This document shows positions 29,971-51,612 of a stretch of 64,000 bases of DNA, piece after piece. How positions within the stretch are numbered: the stretch's first letter is position 1; every line of letters begins with the position of its first letter. Origin of the DNA: the human T2T-CHM13v2.0 reference genome, Homo sapiens; the NCBI RefSeq assembly GCF_009914755.1, contig NC_060936.1. One strand, given 5' to 3'. The notes under the pieces were generated by a model. The model ran no database searches and had not been told where the DNA came from. It saw only the letters and a list, made by a program, of their open reading frames with translations. Made by a program: the position numbers and the translations under genes.

Positions 29971-32421
29971 CTAAGCAGAAAAGCATGCATTGTGTTTTTA
30001 GATTGTTCAAGACAGGGCCGCCATTACCCCATTGGATGCCTTTGTGCAAAGTGGAAAAATGTGTCCTTTTCTCTGAGGAGATGCAGCCCTACACTAGGGT
30101 GCATGGCTTGGTTAGCAGAAGGCAGACTGATTTCAAAATCCAGTCTATTGTGCATTCTTGTGCCGTGAATGGAGAGGTGCAGCCCTGTTTAGAGAAGAGC
30201 CTGTAATCTTGCTTAAATAAGTCACTACAGCAACTATTATCTCACAGTGAAAATGTTCCTCTTTAAAGGCCGCTAAATAAATGAATGACCTTGGACATAC
30301 ATTTATTTCCTCACTTTTCAGTAGTTTACAAGATCCCTGAACACCATTCAAGGCTTATATTAGTGGCTTTCTGCTACCGCTAACATCAAATCCAAAACAC
30401 CATGGACTTACTTGCAAGGTCTTATTTGCACTTTCAGCATAGCACCATGGACTTATTAGCACACTTTAGTGTTATATTACCATCTCACACTTGTCTTCAT
30501 TTCAGCAAACAATTAATAAACATGGACTAGGAGCCAAACTCTTGAAGCACAACTTTCGTTTATCACCAGCTTCGCATTTTCACCTCATCTAACCCTACTA
30601 ACAAAATGCATATCCTTGAAACTTCCAAACAGAAGACTCTGGGGATGTTTGGCAAAACCTCAGCATAACTTCTGCTGCTCCAGGCTTGGGATCCACAGAA
30701 GAGCTGCCTCTTGGGTCAGCTCTTCCAGCCCTGCTCGGCTCCTCCCTTGGCCACTCCCAGTCCCACAGACCCTCCTCTATGCACTGTGCTCAGACACCTG
30801 CTTGAAGTGCAGAAACTACTTCAGTATCACTTGAGGGAATCTCTAGGTATAAATTCTACACAGAAGAAAAATGTTAATACTCTATTTGCATAGTGTTTTG
30901 TTATTTAGGAAATGCTTTCACATGCATTAGTTCGTGTAATCCTGAGTTGGAATAATCAGCCAAAAAGCAAAAATGCATACAATTCAGTTGTCTCTCAGTC
31001 TATCCCACCCCGTTCTTCCCATGGTGCTGGTTGGTTCATAAATGGGAGCAAGTGAAAGCCTGCCCCATTGTGGCCCCAGTTCTGGGCTTCAGTTTCCAAA
31101 ATAGATACAGACCTCACCCAAGTTCCATCTGTTCTAACCCACTTCCTCCTTGTCCTGGTCTCCAACCTTTGGCACCCATGCATTCACTTTGGTCGCCTCT
31201 TCCAGGTCTTTCTTCCTCCAGCTCCCTGCAGGTTAAGGATGAAGTGGTTTCTCTCAATTCCCTTTGTACGAGAAACACAGGGTTCTTTATGCCTACACCA
31301 GTTTCAATGGGAAACCCTCTTTATAGCAGCTATGCAAATCCTGCATCTGGGATACCTGTGACTCATTTACACAGAATCTTGATCCTTTCAAACAACAATA
31401 GTAACACTAACTCATGCTTACTGGTTTCTGCGTGGCAGGCATGGCACTCTGTGCTCTCTGCATGTTATCTCATACTGTTGCAGATTTAGGTTGAGTACCT
31501 GATGCCAGTAAGCCAAACACTGACACATCAGTGCTTAGGAGCACAGAAAGGTTATTCAAATTGGCTACAGCATGAGGGTGCGAGAGGCACCTCTCAAACC
31601 CCACCTGTCTTTGAACATAACTGGGGGGCTTTTACGAGTAAGGTAGATATGTGGGAGGTGAGATTCTCTGATGATGAAAGCTGCTTGTGTCCCTCAGCCA
31701 ATCGAACTTCTGGATGCCATCAAGGAGGTCTCCATGACCTAAGGATCATTGTTCTTTAAAAGAAAAACCAGTTCATTAATCTTGCAGACAGCCCCTGGGG
31801 GTCAGGATATGAAGTTAATCACTTATTAATGACTACCCTCTAACGAAATGACTATGTGCAAGCAAACATGCATGGAGGAAGACAAGGACAAAGAAAGAGG
31901 AAGAAGTAAAATGAACATCTTACGATTTTTATAATATAGGCTTGGTGACATCACCTTCCCAACAGACACACAGGGCTACTATGAGTATGCCCATTTACAA
32001 ATGAGGTTGAATTGAAGCAGTTTTTACAAAGGGACACCACTGACCCTAAAGCCCTGAGCTGTCTGTTTCCAGACTTTTTTCACTCCTTTATCTTCTGCCA
32101 GCTTTACGACTCCATACATTTAATTCCTCAGAGACCACTATTTTTGTTTAAAATCTCTAAGTTTCTTCCTAATTCTATACCCCAGTGTCAGCATTCAGCA
32201 GTTCTATAAGATCTCAAAAGATTATTTCTCCCAAATCCTCACCTTGACCCTCCCCAGGCAAACGTTCACATGTTCACAACCCAATGCATTCACTTTACTC
32301 TCATCCTAGGCAAATTGGGGGAAGTCATGTTTCCATTGCAATCCGGAAGAAGAAATACCGCAGGCCTGCCTCTCTCCACCCAGGACTTGGGCATAGTCAT
32401 CATCCAGCCTTTGCCCTAAAG

Positions 32422-32626
32422 CAGAGGTTTTCAGCCCAGGTTGCAAAATAGATTGCCCTGGGAACCTTCATAAAGCTGGACACCTGGGCTGCTCACCCTG
32501 AGGAATTGAGGCAGAATCGCTGAGGGTGCGGCCTGGACACAAAAGTTTTGGGGTTTTTTTGGTTTTTTTGTTTTGTTGTGTTGTGCTTTTTTTTTTAAGG
32601 ACCTGGTGATTCTGATGAGAACCACT
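32422..32626. mobile_element. MER5A-like hAT-Charlie element
   Basis: CAGAGGTTTTCA...GGTGATTCTGATGAGAACCACT termini. Confidence 0.7.
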
Positions 32627-33182
32627 TGCCTGCCTTTCTCTTTGCCAATCTGAGTCCATTACCATTTTCTTGAGCTAACTCAGACATCATTTTCTTTAGA
32701 TACTCTATAGGAGCACCTAACATGGCGCTTGCCACAGAAATGATTGACTGTTTTCTCTCTGTACATCCTCATTAACTCCAACTCAATAGAACACCAATTT
32801 AATTTGCCTCCTTTGTATAAATGTATTCAATCCACCCCGTATCACTGTAGAATATCTATACATTGTTCTAGAATTACTGTTTTCTTATTTTATGTGGATC
32901 TGGCTTGCTTTAACTATTTCAAAAATGGAGGCTACGCTTTTTTTTTTTGTTTTTTTTTTTTTGCCTCTTTCCATAGTGCCAGCAAAGAGCTTCTAAATCA
33001 CGACAAACAGTAAATGCATGTTGATTATAAGTAAAACCTATTTTTGCTTTCACTTTCCTTTGATATGAAAGTCAATTAAATAGGCTGCAGAGAACAGGGA
33101 GTTTAGAAGGCTGAAATAAGAAAAATATGTAGCCTGGAAAAAAAATGGAGATGACCAGTAAGCAAAGTGAAATTGTATATAC

Positions 33183-33295
33183 TGCAGACTGATCGGCTCT
33201 ATCCAAATGGGTGCTCCTTTTGGATATGAGCTCATTCAAATGGTAAATGATTTCATTCAAAACTTTCCTTTGGGAAAAGTCACTTGGAGAGTCCA
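33183..33295 (-). pseudogene. Putative pseudo-exon, 113 bp, phase 1 start
   Basis: ttcttttatgtaaAG|TG...GCA|GTATAT; open frame DSPSDFSQRKVLNEIIYHLNELISKRSTHLDRADQSA. Confidence 0.4.
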
Positions 33296-33379
33296 CTTTA
33301 CATAAAAGAATCCAATTTAATCTTCAGTGGAAAAAGTGGAATTGGACGAGGGCAGAGCTCTCCTTTCATTTTAGAGAAT

Positions 33380-33740
33380 AAAAGTGGCAGCCTGGATCCT
33401 GGTCCAGTCTCTGGTACTAACTAGCTGTGACTTTGATACATCATTGAGTCCATCAGAGCTGACTGACTCCCAGGGCTCTCCATAGCAATAATGGTAATAA
33501 AAATAGCAAACATTCATGGAGTTCTTGCTGTGTAACAGGCACTGTGCTGAGGATTTTTCATGCATTATTTCATTTAACCATCATTCCTTGAGACAAGTAC
33601 TATCATTAACCCCAACTGAGGAAACTAAGGCTCGGAGAGATTAATTTGTCTAAGATCACAAAGAAAATGTATTTTGGTGAAACTATTCATTCAAGCCTAG
33701 CTCCAATGTCCATTCTTCTTTCCTCACGTCTACATGAGAC
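33380..33740. mobile_element. Two MIR fragments in opposite orientation
   Basis: ACTAGCTGTGACTTTG (+) and ACTGAGGAAACTAAGGCTCGGAGAG (-). Confidence 0.65.
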
Positions 33741-34768
33741 CTTCCTTATCCCCATATTTGCAAGCAGAGTACATTATTCTGGGCTTACTGAATGCTTTAT
33801 GCACACAGATATTTTAGCGCTTCTCCCATTGTATTTTGCTAATTGTTTTTGCATGTCTCTCCTAGCTGACTGCAAAAAATGAATTCAAGAGCTGTATTCT
33901 ATTTGTCTTATTACTCTCATCACTTACTGTAGGGCTTAACAATTAATAGACTCTCATATGTACCAAAATATGAACTCTCAAATTTGTTGTATCCTCAGAG
34001 AGGTTGAGTAACTGACTCAGGTTCACACAGGAAGTACAAAGTGAGACCGGATTTTGCATTCCGGCATCTGACCGTCCCCACTTCCTATGAGCATCACTGT
34101 CCACTCAGAGTTGTTCAAGCCAATGCAGAAACCAGGGAACCATTCTTTATAATAATTCCCTGCTCACAATTCCTGAATTCCTGCCCCCTTCCCCCTTTCC
34201 ACTCCAGTCATTGTTTCAGCCCATCACCTTCTCCCCAACCCTCAATCACCATGGTAATTCAGATTACTGCCTTCACTCGCCTGGATTACAATAGTTAGGG
34301 TGTAGGATTTTGGCTGACCCCCAAAACAAAAGATTAAAAATTATGGATGACTTTTATAAACTACAAGCAAGTCTTACAATTTCCCTCAGAGACAAAGATA
34401 TACTTCTGCCCACTCAGCCCTGAGTAGCTTCAATCATGGTTCTCTAGTAAGTTAGAATTATATTTTCTCCCCGTGACATAAATTTCAGTATAAGGATCAG
34501 CAACATTGCTCCAGTCCTATAAATCATATGAGGCAACCAAATAGTCTCCAAGATTCTAGCTCATTTGCTGTTCATCTGTTTTAAGATTGCATTTCACCAG
34601 TTTATTTCAGGGTGTCTGCCATTTTGGCCCCAGTTTTGATAACTGCAGATTGTTGTTATTTTAAAGCCATTTCATTGCTCAGTCTTGCTGGGGCTGGGGC
34701 CCTGCCTTGCTCTTGCCCTCACTAAGCTGCATTCTGGTTTCCTGCCTACCTCCCTTGGCTTTGAATAA

Positions 34769-35248
<480 letters not shown>

Positions 35249-35316
35249 GGGATGGGTCTCTTTACAGGTACTGGAACTAATTTAGAACCACAAATGTCCC
35301 TTTGATAGCTACTTAT

Positions 35317-35471
35317 TGCAAACACAAGAGAAATTTCCTTAGTGTAAAGAAAATCAATCATTTTTGGCAAACTACTTAGACTTTCAACAGTGAAGCTTCT
35401 TAGAATATTGAGGTCTCCTGCTCTTCTGGGAACTGTGGGACAAAGTACTCCAGTTAATATCCTCAGATGAC
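35317..35471 (-). pseudogene. Putative pseudo-exon, 155 bp, donor degenerate (ATAAGT)
   Basis: acctttcttgttggcAG acceptor; one frame fully open (HLRILTGVLCPTVPRRAGDLNILRSF...), another starts SSEDINWSTLSHSSQKSRRPQYSKKLHC; ends GCA|ATAAGT. Confidence 0.35.
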
Positions 35472-35825
35472 CTGCCAACAAGAAAGGTCATACCGGTCGG
35501 AGTTCCATGTGCTATTTAAAGAACAGACCTTAGATGGCAGAAGCAGCAATATGTGGCCAGGGTTTTAATGAGGAAGAGAAAGGTGCCGTGTGGCTAAATT
35601 CGAGAGTAAATGGCATTGTTGTGTTCAGAAACAGCACTGGCCACTTATCCTGTTTCATAATTCCTCTTCTTTAAAGTTATTATCTTCATTTTGAGTATTG
35701 TGAATTATTTATTAGTATTATATATTTAACTTGTTAAATGAAGAAATGTGTTCTTGTATGAGAGGGGGGAAGAAAAGCCTGTTTTAGTCTTTTGGAATTC
35801 ATCTTTAGAAATATTTCTAAAAGTA

Positions 35826-36126
35826 GGCCGGGCGCGGTGGCTCACGCCTATAATCCCAGCATTTGGGAGGCGGAGGCGGGTGGATCATGAGGTCAGGAGT
35901 TCGAGACCAGCCTGACCAACAAGGCGAAATTCCGTCTCTTCTAAAAATACAAAAATCAGCCGAGCATGGTGGTACACACCTGTAGTCCCAGCTACTCGGG
36001 AAGCTGAGACAGGAGAATCACTTTAAACCCAAAAGGCGGAGGTTGCAGTGAGCCGAGATCATGCCACTGCACTCCAGCCTGGGCGATGGAGCGAGTCTCT
36101 GTCTCAAAAAAAAAAAAAGAAAAAAA
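35826..36126 (+). mobile_element. AluS
   Basis: TSD AGAAATATTTCT. Confidence 0.9.
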
Positions 36127-37009
36127 GAAATATTTCTGAAGGTGACAGCTAATGTCTCGAGGGAGAAAATGAGGATCATGAGAAAATGAAACAATTTTTC
36201 TCCATATTAATTATGTGTACAATCCAAACCTATCTGATAGCTGGTGACTACAAATTTATTCATTTTCCCTCTACCCACCCTCCTTCCTCTGATTATCTTT
36301 CTAAATTCACTTAGAGGCAGCAACTACCCAAAAAAAAACCCCACCATAGTAGAGTAGAGGAGGGATGGGTGTTGTATTAAGGAAGGTATAGCCCCTGTAA
36401 GTAACATGCTACAGTAAGGGCCAGAAACAAGAAGGTTGCTCACAGCAGCCCCAGTAGAGTTTAATATCAGATATTGAAGTGAGTCAGGAAGATCTAAGAA
36501 AATCATACCTGAGTCTACCAGAGTTGTCTGTTCCCACTTTTTTCATTCTTCATTTCCTCACCCTCTATTCACATTTTATGTATAGTTAAATATTCATTAT
36601 TCATTTTATTATGCCCATGCAGATAGCAGTCAGAACTTAATGTTATAATATACGGGCTATGGTTATGTTTTATTAACCATTTGCTTTTTTCTTGAACTTA
36701 ATAATTACATTTTTTAAAAACTGCTTAGTTTTCTGGTCTCTATTACAATTCTTCCCACACCTTCCAATATTCTATTAGCCCAATTTTCCAAAGATTAGTC
36801 AAACTAGGTGATGCATTAATTTCAGTTCCAAAATAAATGAATTCTTTTAACTTTGCAAAGACTATTACATATAACACTATGTTACAAAATTTGAATATAT
36901 TGACATTTTTAAAGTAGAGTGTTTATGTGTGTAACTTTTTAAAAATATGTAACCATAAAAAAGTAGGTAAATAATATCAACTTCAACTTAATAGTGCTTT
37001 GCTAGGAGG

Positions 37010-37255
37010 CAGTAGAACTTAGTAGCTAAGTGTCTGGCATTAGAGCAACTAGCTTCAAATCCTGGCTCTGCCACTTACTAGATGTGCCTACCAGAAACAA
37101 GATACTCAACCTATTTGTGCCTCAGTTTTCTGATCCATAAAATGGAGATAATAGTACCTAACTCAAGGATTGTTCAAGCTTAACTTAAGTAATACATATA
37201 AATCACTATATGTTGCCTGACATACAGTAAATGCTCAGTAAGTTTTAGGTATTAT
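37010..37255 (+). mobile_element. MIR
   Basis: TTCAAATCCTGGCTCTGCCACTTACTAG...AAAATGGAGATAATAGTACCT. Confidence 0.8.
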
Positions 37256-37322
37256 TTAGCACAGTAGCAAAGGAAGAAACAATTTAAAAACACTGAAAAA
37301 CTTCATCTAAAGTTTATATATG

Positions 37323-41480
<4,158 letters not shown>

Positions 41481-41764
41481 ATGCCCTCACCAAATGCCTT
41501 GCTGATATTAGTGCAGTGTGCCTACAGAATTCCACTGCTCTGCTGGACCAGTAACGCTAGGCCATGTCAGTTCAGATCACTGCAGAGTAAGTGGAAAAAA
41601 TAATAATGAGACTTAAACAATAACAGACATATGCGATGTGGATTAAAAGACACAGTTGTTCATTTAAATTCTGTTTCCCCAGTGTTCTAAAAAACAATAT
41701 AGACATTTGTTTGAAGTTATTTGAAAGGCTTTTAAAAAGTTTCAGATAGTGTGGTTATTGATAC

Positions 41765-42325
41765 TGTTGTACCTGAGTGAGTTAGAGAAAACGCCACACT
41801 TTGAGACGAGTTAAGAGTCCCTTTATTTAGCCGGCGGCCAAGAGACGGCTAACGCTCCAAATTCTCTCGGCCCCGAAGAAGGGGCTAGATTTTCTTTTAT
41901 ACTTTCGTTTAGAAAAGGGGAGGGGGGGAGTCTAGTTAAAAGAATTTTACAGAAATAAAGTAGGCAAAAAGTTAAAAGGATAAATGGTTACAGGAAAGTA
42001 AACGGTTCCAGGTGCAGGGGCTTTCAGTCTATTACAAGGTGATAGACTCGGGGCTTTGGGCGTTATCAATCAGACGAATTCCTTGGAATTGCGAATATAG
42101 CTTGCCACAGTTTCATATCAGTTAATTGCATTCTTGGATGTGCTGGGAGTCAGCTTGCACAAGTTAAGTCCTTGAGGAAGGGGCTGCCAGTGAAAGAGCC
42201 AAGATGGAGTCTGTCTGGCTCTCTTAGCTAAGGGAGAGTCAATTCAGGTGGAAGCAAGGCTAGGTGATTAAAGGAAAAGGGAGATTCTAAAAACAGGGTT
42301 AGTAAAAACAAGGTTGGGCGTTACA
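41765..42325 (-). mobile_element. ERV1 solo LTR (LTR6A/B-like), 561 bp
   Basis: TG...CA termini, 4-bp TSD ATAC; minus strand starts TGTAACGCCCAACCTTGTTTTTACTAACCCTG. Confidence 0.8.
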
Positions 42326-42372
42326 ATACTGCCCAGCAGTATTTTATTGTTATTCCTTAACAAAGGAAGAAA

Positions 42373-42676
42373 TTTTTTTTTCTTTTTTTTTTTAAGACAA
42401 GGTCTCACTGTATCATTCAGGCTGGAATGCAATGGTGCGATCTTGGCTCGCTGCAGCCTCAACCTCCCGGGCTTAGGTGATCCTCCCACCTCAGCCTCCT
42501 GAATAGCTGAGACTACAGGTGTGCACAACCACACAGAGCTAATTTTTTGTATTTTTGTAGAGATGGGGGTCTCACCATGTTGCCCAGGCTGGTCTTGAAC
42601 TCCTGAGCTCAAGTGTTCTGCCCACCTCGGCCTCTCGAAGTGCTGGAATTACAGGCATGAGCCAATGCACCAGGCC
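42373..42676 (-). mobile_element. AluJ
   Basis: Antisense dimer. Confidence 0.9.
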
Positions 42677-43680
42677 TGGAAGCAAATATTTTTAAGTTTG
42701 TCTTTGAGGAGTGGTATGTGTAAACCTGAGCATCTATCTGAAAACAGGCCACTAAGCTCTGCCCAATTATGAAGAAATATTTAAAGCCATTTAGATCAAG
42801 TACTATATTAGTTAGTATATTGATGTTACAAATATACAGTTATCTATATTCATTGTAAGCACCACAAATAAAATATAAATATCACCTAGAGGATACTTAT
42901 GAAGCATTCAGGCTTCGAGAACCTGATTCTAATGTGCTACTAAGATAATGAGAATTCATTAAGAGTTATTTGCACATAATAGAAGGGTTAATATTTGCAA
43001 TGACAGGGAGTTGATATTCAATAGAACATTCTAAGCTTCCATTCCTGGATTGGTTAAAAGTCTGGAAAATTATGTCAAAATTTGCCCATCAAAAGATGAT
43101 ACCGCATTGCAGAAGCACATGAGCTTCCAGGTTATGCCAGACTGGATGTTGCCTGGGAAACCATTACTGGCTTTTGCTACAGCTAGAAGAGAAAGTCTGT
43201 TCCTAAGGCGAAGATAGTTTCAGAACTTTGTATCTCTAGTTCTTTCATAGCTTCTGCAGTCCTCACTGCTCACATGTCTTCTACCCACAGCCCCAGTTTG
43301 ATCTGATTCTATGTGGTCCCTGATTCCCAGATATTTGCCTGAATTTGACTCCTTCACGTCTAGACATTAGTAAAAAAAAAAAAAAAAAAAAAAAAAGAAA
43401 AAAGAAAAAAAATTGCAACGCTGCAAAACTGTTTGGTTTTACCTATGCAGTAACTTTTTATTTGAGGAAATGTTTAAAAATCAGGATACAGCTCATAAAA
43501 ATATATATTTACAGTTTTTTTATTTTTGAAAAATTGGAATTTTAGCAAGTTAAAGCCATATTCCCTCATGAAGTAATCTACTAGAGCAGAGTGGCCACTG
43601 TGCTCTTAAATGACACATGTGGTCTCCAGTTTGCCAGAATCCTCACTAATCCCAATTGTTCCCAATACTGAGGCTATTAA

Positions 43681-45250
<1,570 letters not shown>

Positions 45251-45726
45251 GATACTCTTCCATGTTTAATATGCAAAGTGAATCTATATACAAAGAACAA
45301 ACCCTGCTCATTTATTCATTTGTATCTCATGTCTGGTCCCTACAGCCATTTAACTTTGCAACTCCTGGTCTCACTCACAGATCTCTGGGTGTTCTTGAAG
45401 TGTGTATTATGCTGTTAATTTACTCCCAGGGCTACCTTGCACTTTGTTTCCTTAATCCTCCACTGCCTACAGACCAGGGGAGGCAGGTCATGCATCTAAA
45501 AGTCAAGGTTCTGGGTGGCTCTTAATTGCTCCTCTGAATTTGCCTTATTGTCTACAGATGGGCCATAACATTTATTTCTAATTTAGCAATAAATACTATA
45601 TACTTAGTGACTCCTAGTATAAAAGAATCTGGATACTCTAGTTCAGTTGCCTCCGTAATCATTTAATTTTCCTTGTAATTGAGGTTATATGTAAATACTG
45701 TAACCATAAACTAATGTAGCCAATAG

Positions 45727-46454
45727 TGTAACCACCTAACAGGTTCTCCTTGCCCACTGCCTAGAGAGAGCCAGTTTATTAAGACAGGGGAATTGCAACA
45801 GAGAAAGTGTAACTCGTGCAGAGCCACAGTATGGGAGACTGGAGTTTTATTATTACTCAAATCAGCCTCTCCAGAGTTCAGGGATCAGAGTTTTTAAGGA
45901 TAATTTGATGGGTAGGGGGTTGGAAAGTGGGGCGTGCTGATAGATCAGGTCAGAGATGAAATCATAAAAAGTCTAAGTTGTCCTCTTGCACTGAATCAAT
46001 TCCTGGATGGAGGCTACAAGATCAGATGAGCCAGTTTATCGATCTGGGTGGTACCAGCTGATCCATGGAGTACAGGGTCTACAAAATACCTCAAGCACTG
46101 ATCTTAGGTTTTATTATAGTGACGTTATCCCCAGGAGCAATTTGGAAAGGTTCAGAATCCTGCAGCCTCCAGCTGCATGACTCCTAAACCATAATTTATA
46201 ATCTGGTACCTAAGGTGGTAGTCTTGCAAAGACAGTGTAGTCTTCAGGTAGGAAGGTGGTTTGTTTTGGCAAAGGGCTGTTACCGTCTTTGTTTCAAAGT
46301 TATACTATAAACTAAGTTCCTGCCAAAGTTAGTTCAGCCTATACCCAGGAATGGTGTAACAGCTTGGAAATTAGAAGCAAGGTGGAGTCAGTTAGGTCAG
46401 ATTTCTTTCACTGACATAATTTTCTTAGTTGTAATTTTTGCAAAGTCAGTTTCA
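45727..46454 (-). mobile_element. LTR8-family solo LTR, copy 1
   Basis: TG...CA termini, TSD ATAG (45723-45726, 46455-46458). Confidence 0.85.
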
Positions 46455-46570
46455 ATAGGTTTTTATGAATAGGAGGAAAGAAAGAGAGGGAAAGAGGGAG
46501 AAGAGGAGGGAGGAAAAGAGGGAGAGAGAGAGGAAGGAAGGAAGGAAGGAAAAAAAAGGGGCAATAACCA

Positions 46571-47258
46571 TGTAACCGCCTAAGGGGTTCACCTTGCCCA
46601 CTGCGTAGACAGAGCCAATTCACCAAAATAAGGGAATTGGAATAGAGAAAGAGTAATTCACGCAGAGCCAACTGTGCAGGAGACCAGGGTTTTATTATTA
46701 CTCAAATCAGTCTCCCCCAGCGTTTGGAGAGCAGAGTTTTTAAGGACAATTTGGTGGGTTGGGGGAAGCCAGTGAGCCAGGAGTGCTGATTGGTTAGGGA
46801 TGAAATCACAAGGAGTCGAAGCTGTCTTCTTGCGCTGAGTCAGTTCCTGGGTGGAGGGCACAAGATCAGATGAACCAGTTTACCGATCTGGATGGTGTCA
46901 GCTGATCCATCACATGCAGGGTCTGCAAAATATCTCAAGCATTGATCTTGGGAGCAGTTTAGGGAGGGTCAGAATCTTGGAGACTCCAGCTGCATGACTC
47001 CTATCCATAATTTCTAATCTTGTGGCTCATGTTAGTCCTACAAAGGCCATCTAGTCCCCAGACAAGAAGGAGGTCTGCTTTGGCAAAGGGCTGTTATCAT
47101 CTTTGTTTCAAACTATAAACTAAATTTCTCCCAAAGTTAGTTCAGCCTATGCCCAGGAATGAACAAGGACAGCTTGGAGGTTAGAGGCAAGATAGCTAGC
47201 GTTGGTTAAGTTAGATCTCTTTCACCGTCTCAGTCATAATTTTGCAAAGGCAGTTTCA
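46571..47258 (-). mobile_element. LTR8-family solo LTR, copy 2
   Basis: TG...CA termini, TSD ACCA (46567-46570, 47259-47262); minus-strand AATAAA at 46696-46691. Confidence 0.85.
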
Positions 47259-49006
47259 ACCATAGTCAGCCCTCAGTAAGTACTAACCATAATATTGTCA
47301 ATGATTGGCACCAGGCTTGGTGTGTTTTGCTCCACCTCCTGCCTCCTTGGTAATTCCTCAGCCTGCTGGGGACAAGGCAAAAGTCTTTTTTCAGTTTCTC
47401 TTTATATGAATTGATCATTTTTCAACTGCTAGGTTTTCTTTGGGGGACTGAGGCAGAAGGATCACTTGAGGCCAGGAGTTCAAGACCAGCCTGGTCAATA
47501 TAGCGAAACCTCATCTCTACCCCGCCCCCGCAACAAAAAAAAAATCCAAGGTTTTTTTAAGGACCTTGTATGTTAAAAATGAAAGTGAAGAAGTAGATCT
47601 GACGGTAGTTACAGACACTACCCTGTTTCTACCTTCCACTCTGTGCTCTCAAATCCCAACATCACCAACATAAATAAATGGTGATTAGATGCTTTAGCCA
47701 GCATTTGCTCTTGCCTTAGGTAAATGGCTATTCGAATGGCCAGGGACTTTGACATACTCATCCAACTGAAGCTGAACTCAACTTGGCAGGCTCTGCCCAG
47801 GTAGAAGGAGCTTTGAATGGGATTTTAGCAAACAATCAGATGTTACCAAAATCTTATTAGGAGAACAGCATGTAGAGTTACCCTGTGGTCTCTAGCTCAG
47901 GGCCTTGAGGGAATATCCTTTCAGAGCCTAGATGGAGCCCCATGGTCAATGCACCAAGAAAATAAAGGACTTTAGCCTGAAGGTGACAGATGGAGGACTA
48001 AATTACTTTAAACTTTTGTCCAAAATACATAAACATATTGCTAGAATAATATCAGTGTTGGTTTGAATAGCCTGTTGGATTGGTTGAGATGAAGTAAGGA
48101 GCTGGCAGCTGGGCTCATCTGGTAGCACAGATAAGAACCTAATTAGCTCTATGAAAGAGGAAGCCCTGTGCCACCTCCCCAGAGCTGTGTGAGGCCCAGG
48201 GGCACACCTTCCAGCTGCCTGAGGCTGCTGCCTCCTCCCAGTCCCACTGAGGAAAGGAAGTGCTCTTTCTCTCCTGATAGGACAAGGATGACCCAGCAGA
48301 TGGGCACGTGGGCAGGCAGAGCTCTCAACTACCTTTTCTCTTAGCATGGGTGACAGTGTGTATGACCACAGACCTCCCTTCCTTCCTCTTTGCTTTTATG
48401 GACCAAGCGATGGAAGGAAATGACAATAAGGAAATCTTCCTTACACAAATATGTAAGTATGCATTCCTCTTCATCAGACACAATCACAACTTAAAGAACT
48501 TGCATCAGTCTTGTGAGCTGGCCCCTAACCCCTGACTATAATCTATTATTCTTAAGATACCTACTGAGAGAACTTATTCAGATAAAACATTTTAGGGCTT
48601 TTTGGAGCTTTTCTATTTAAAGAATAACAAGCTCCTTCTCTAGTTTTCTTTAACAAACTAAGCATATGACAGGCAGAGGTTACAGATTTTTCATAGCTTA
48701 CTTCCTCCTGAAATTTAAGTCTGTGGTTAATCAAGCTCTGTGAATGACAGTTTCTCCCTCGAACTTTGTGGGCTAACACAGCTCTCTGAACACCCATAAT
48801 TTGTTGGGTTTTTTTTTTCTTTTTTTCCTGAGCAGTGTAAACAATTGTAAAGCTTTAAATAAATAAGCTATAAGAAGTTTTCCCAGGGTCTTGATTCTGT
48901 GACTCCACCAGGTGTCAAGGTCTCTGAACCGGCTGCCCTTAGACACGTGCCTGAACTCAAAGCAGTCATACTGTTAAGGGATAGACTTGGTGCTGTAAAC
49001 TTAGCC

Positions 49007-50309
<1,303 letters not shown>

Positions 50310-51260
50310 TTAAAGTAGACTCTCAATAAATGGTAGCAATAATAATTATTGTTGATTTTGTGAAAAGAGTTGATACACTTTAAATGCTTGGAATAGTATA
50401 CTCAGTAGGTGTTCATTGTTATTGAATACTGTTATCAAAGGGAATCCAGATGCCTTATCAATTTGGGATCTTCAGGCTTTATCCCAGTAATGCTATGGAT
50501 TTGGCTAATGTGTTTGATTAAGGCAGAAAGGCTGGTATCTTCAGAAAAATTTTATGTGATTTAGCAGGTTAAATTCAACCTATGAAGGGAAGTAAAATTA
50601 TAAGATCTGAGTCTTAGAAAGAGCAAGACTGTAGTTTAGAGAACGGATTGGAAGAAGATGAACTTGGAAGCCACAGCACCACCACAGCAGGATTCTAGAT
50701 TTGAACTAAAGCAGAGGCTATAGGAAGAGAAGTAGACTGATCAGAGACTAGCTTTGGAGATAGAAGCTACTCTTCTTGTGGCAGATGAAGAGGAAGGAGT
50801 CACAGATGATCTTGAGATTTCTGTCTTGGGGTAACCGGGTGGATATTGATTTCATTTACTGAGAGGAGGAACAGTTTTGGAAAATAACATGATTCGTTTA
50901 GAATTTATTTTAAATTGGAACCTTGCGTGGTCAGTTTATTCAACCAGAAACAAAGACATTTCTTTACTGTTAGCTATTTTTGTCATGTATTTTAAAACTA
51001 TGCCATAATTTAACCAACATATATCACTAAGAATAAATGCATAGGTAGAAAATAACCACAATCAGAGTCTTCTGTCATGATACCAAAATATAAAGTGGCT
51101 GGGGCCACAGTTATGTAACACTTAGAAATCATGACTAACAAAATAGAATATTGACATATGATTCAAAGACTTACAATTACAGATTAATTAAACTACACCA
51201 GATTCAGATAAATGAAAGTAATGTCTGATTCTCCATCTTCATTTATTTAAATGTATTTCA

Positions 51261-51612
<352 letters not shown>

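Noticed and set aside
30398-30460. Repeated CACCATGGACTTA
   Set aside because: Small degenerate local duplication with no further structure.
45727-47258. Two LTR8 copies as the ends of one deleted provirus
   Set aside because: Each has its own different TSD, and the spacer is GA-rich non-viral sequence.
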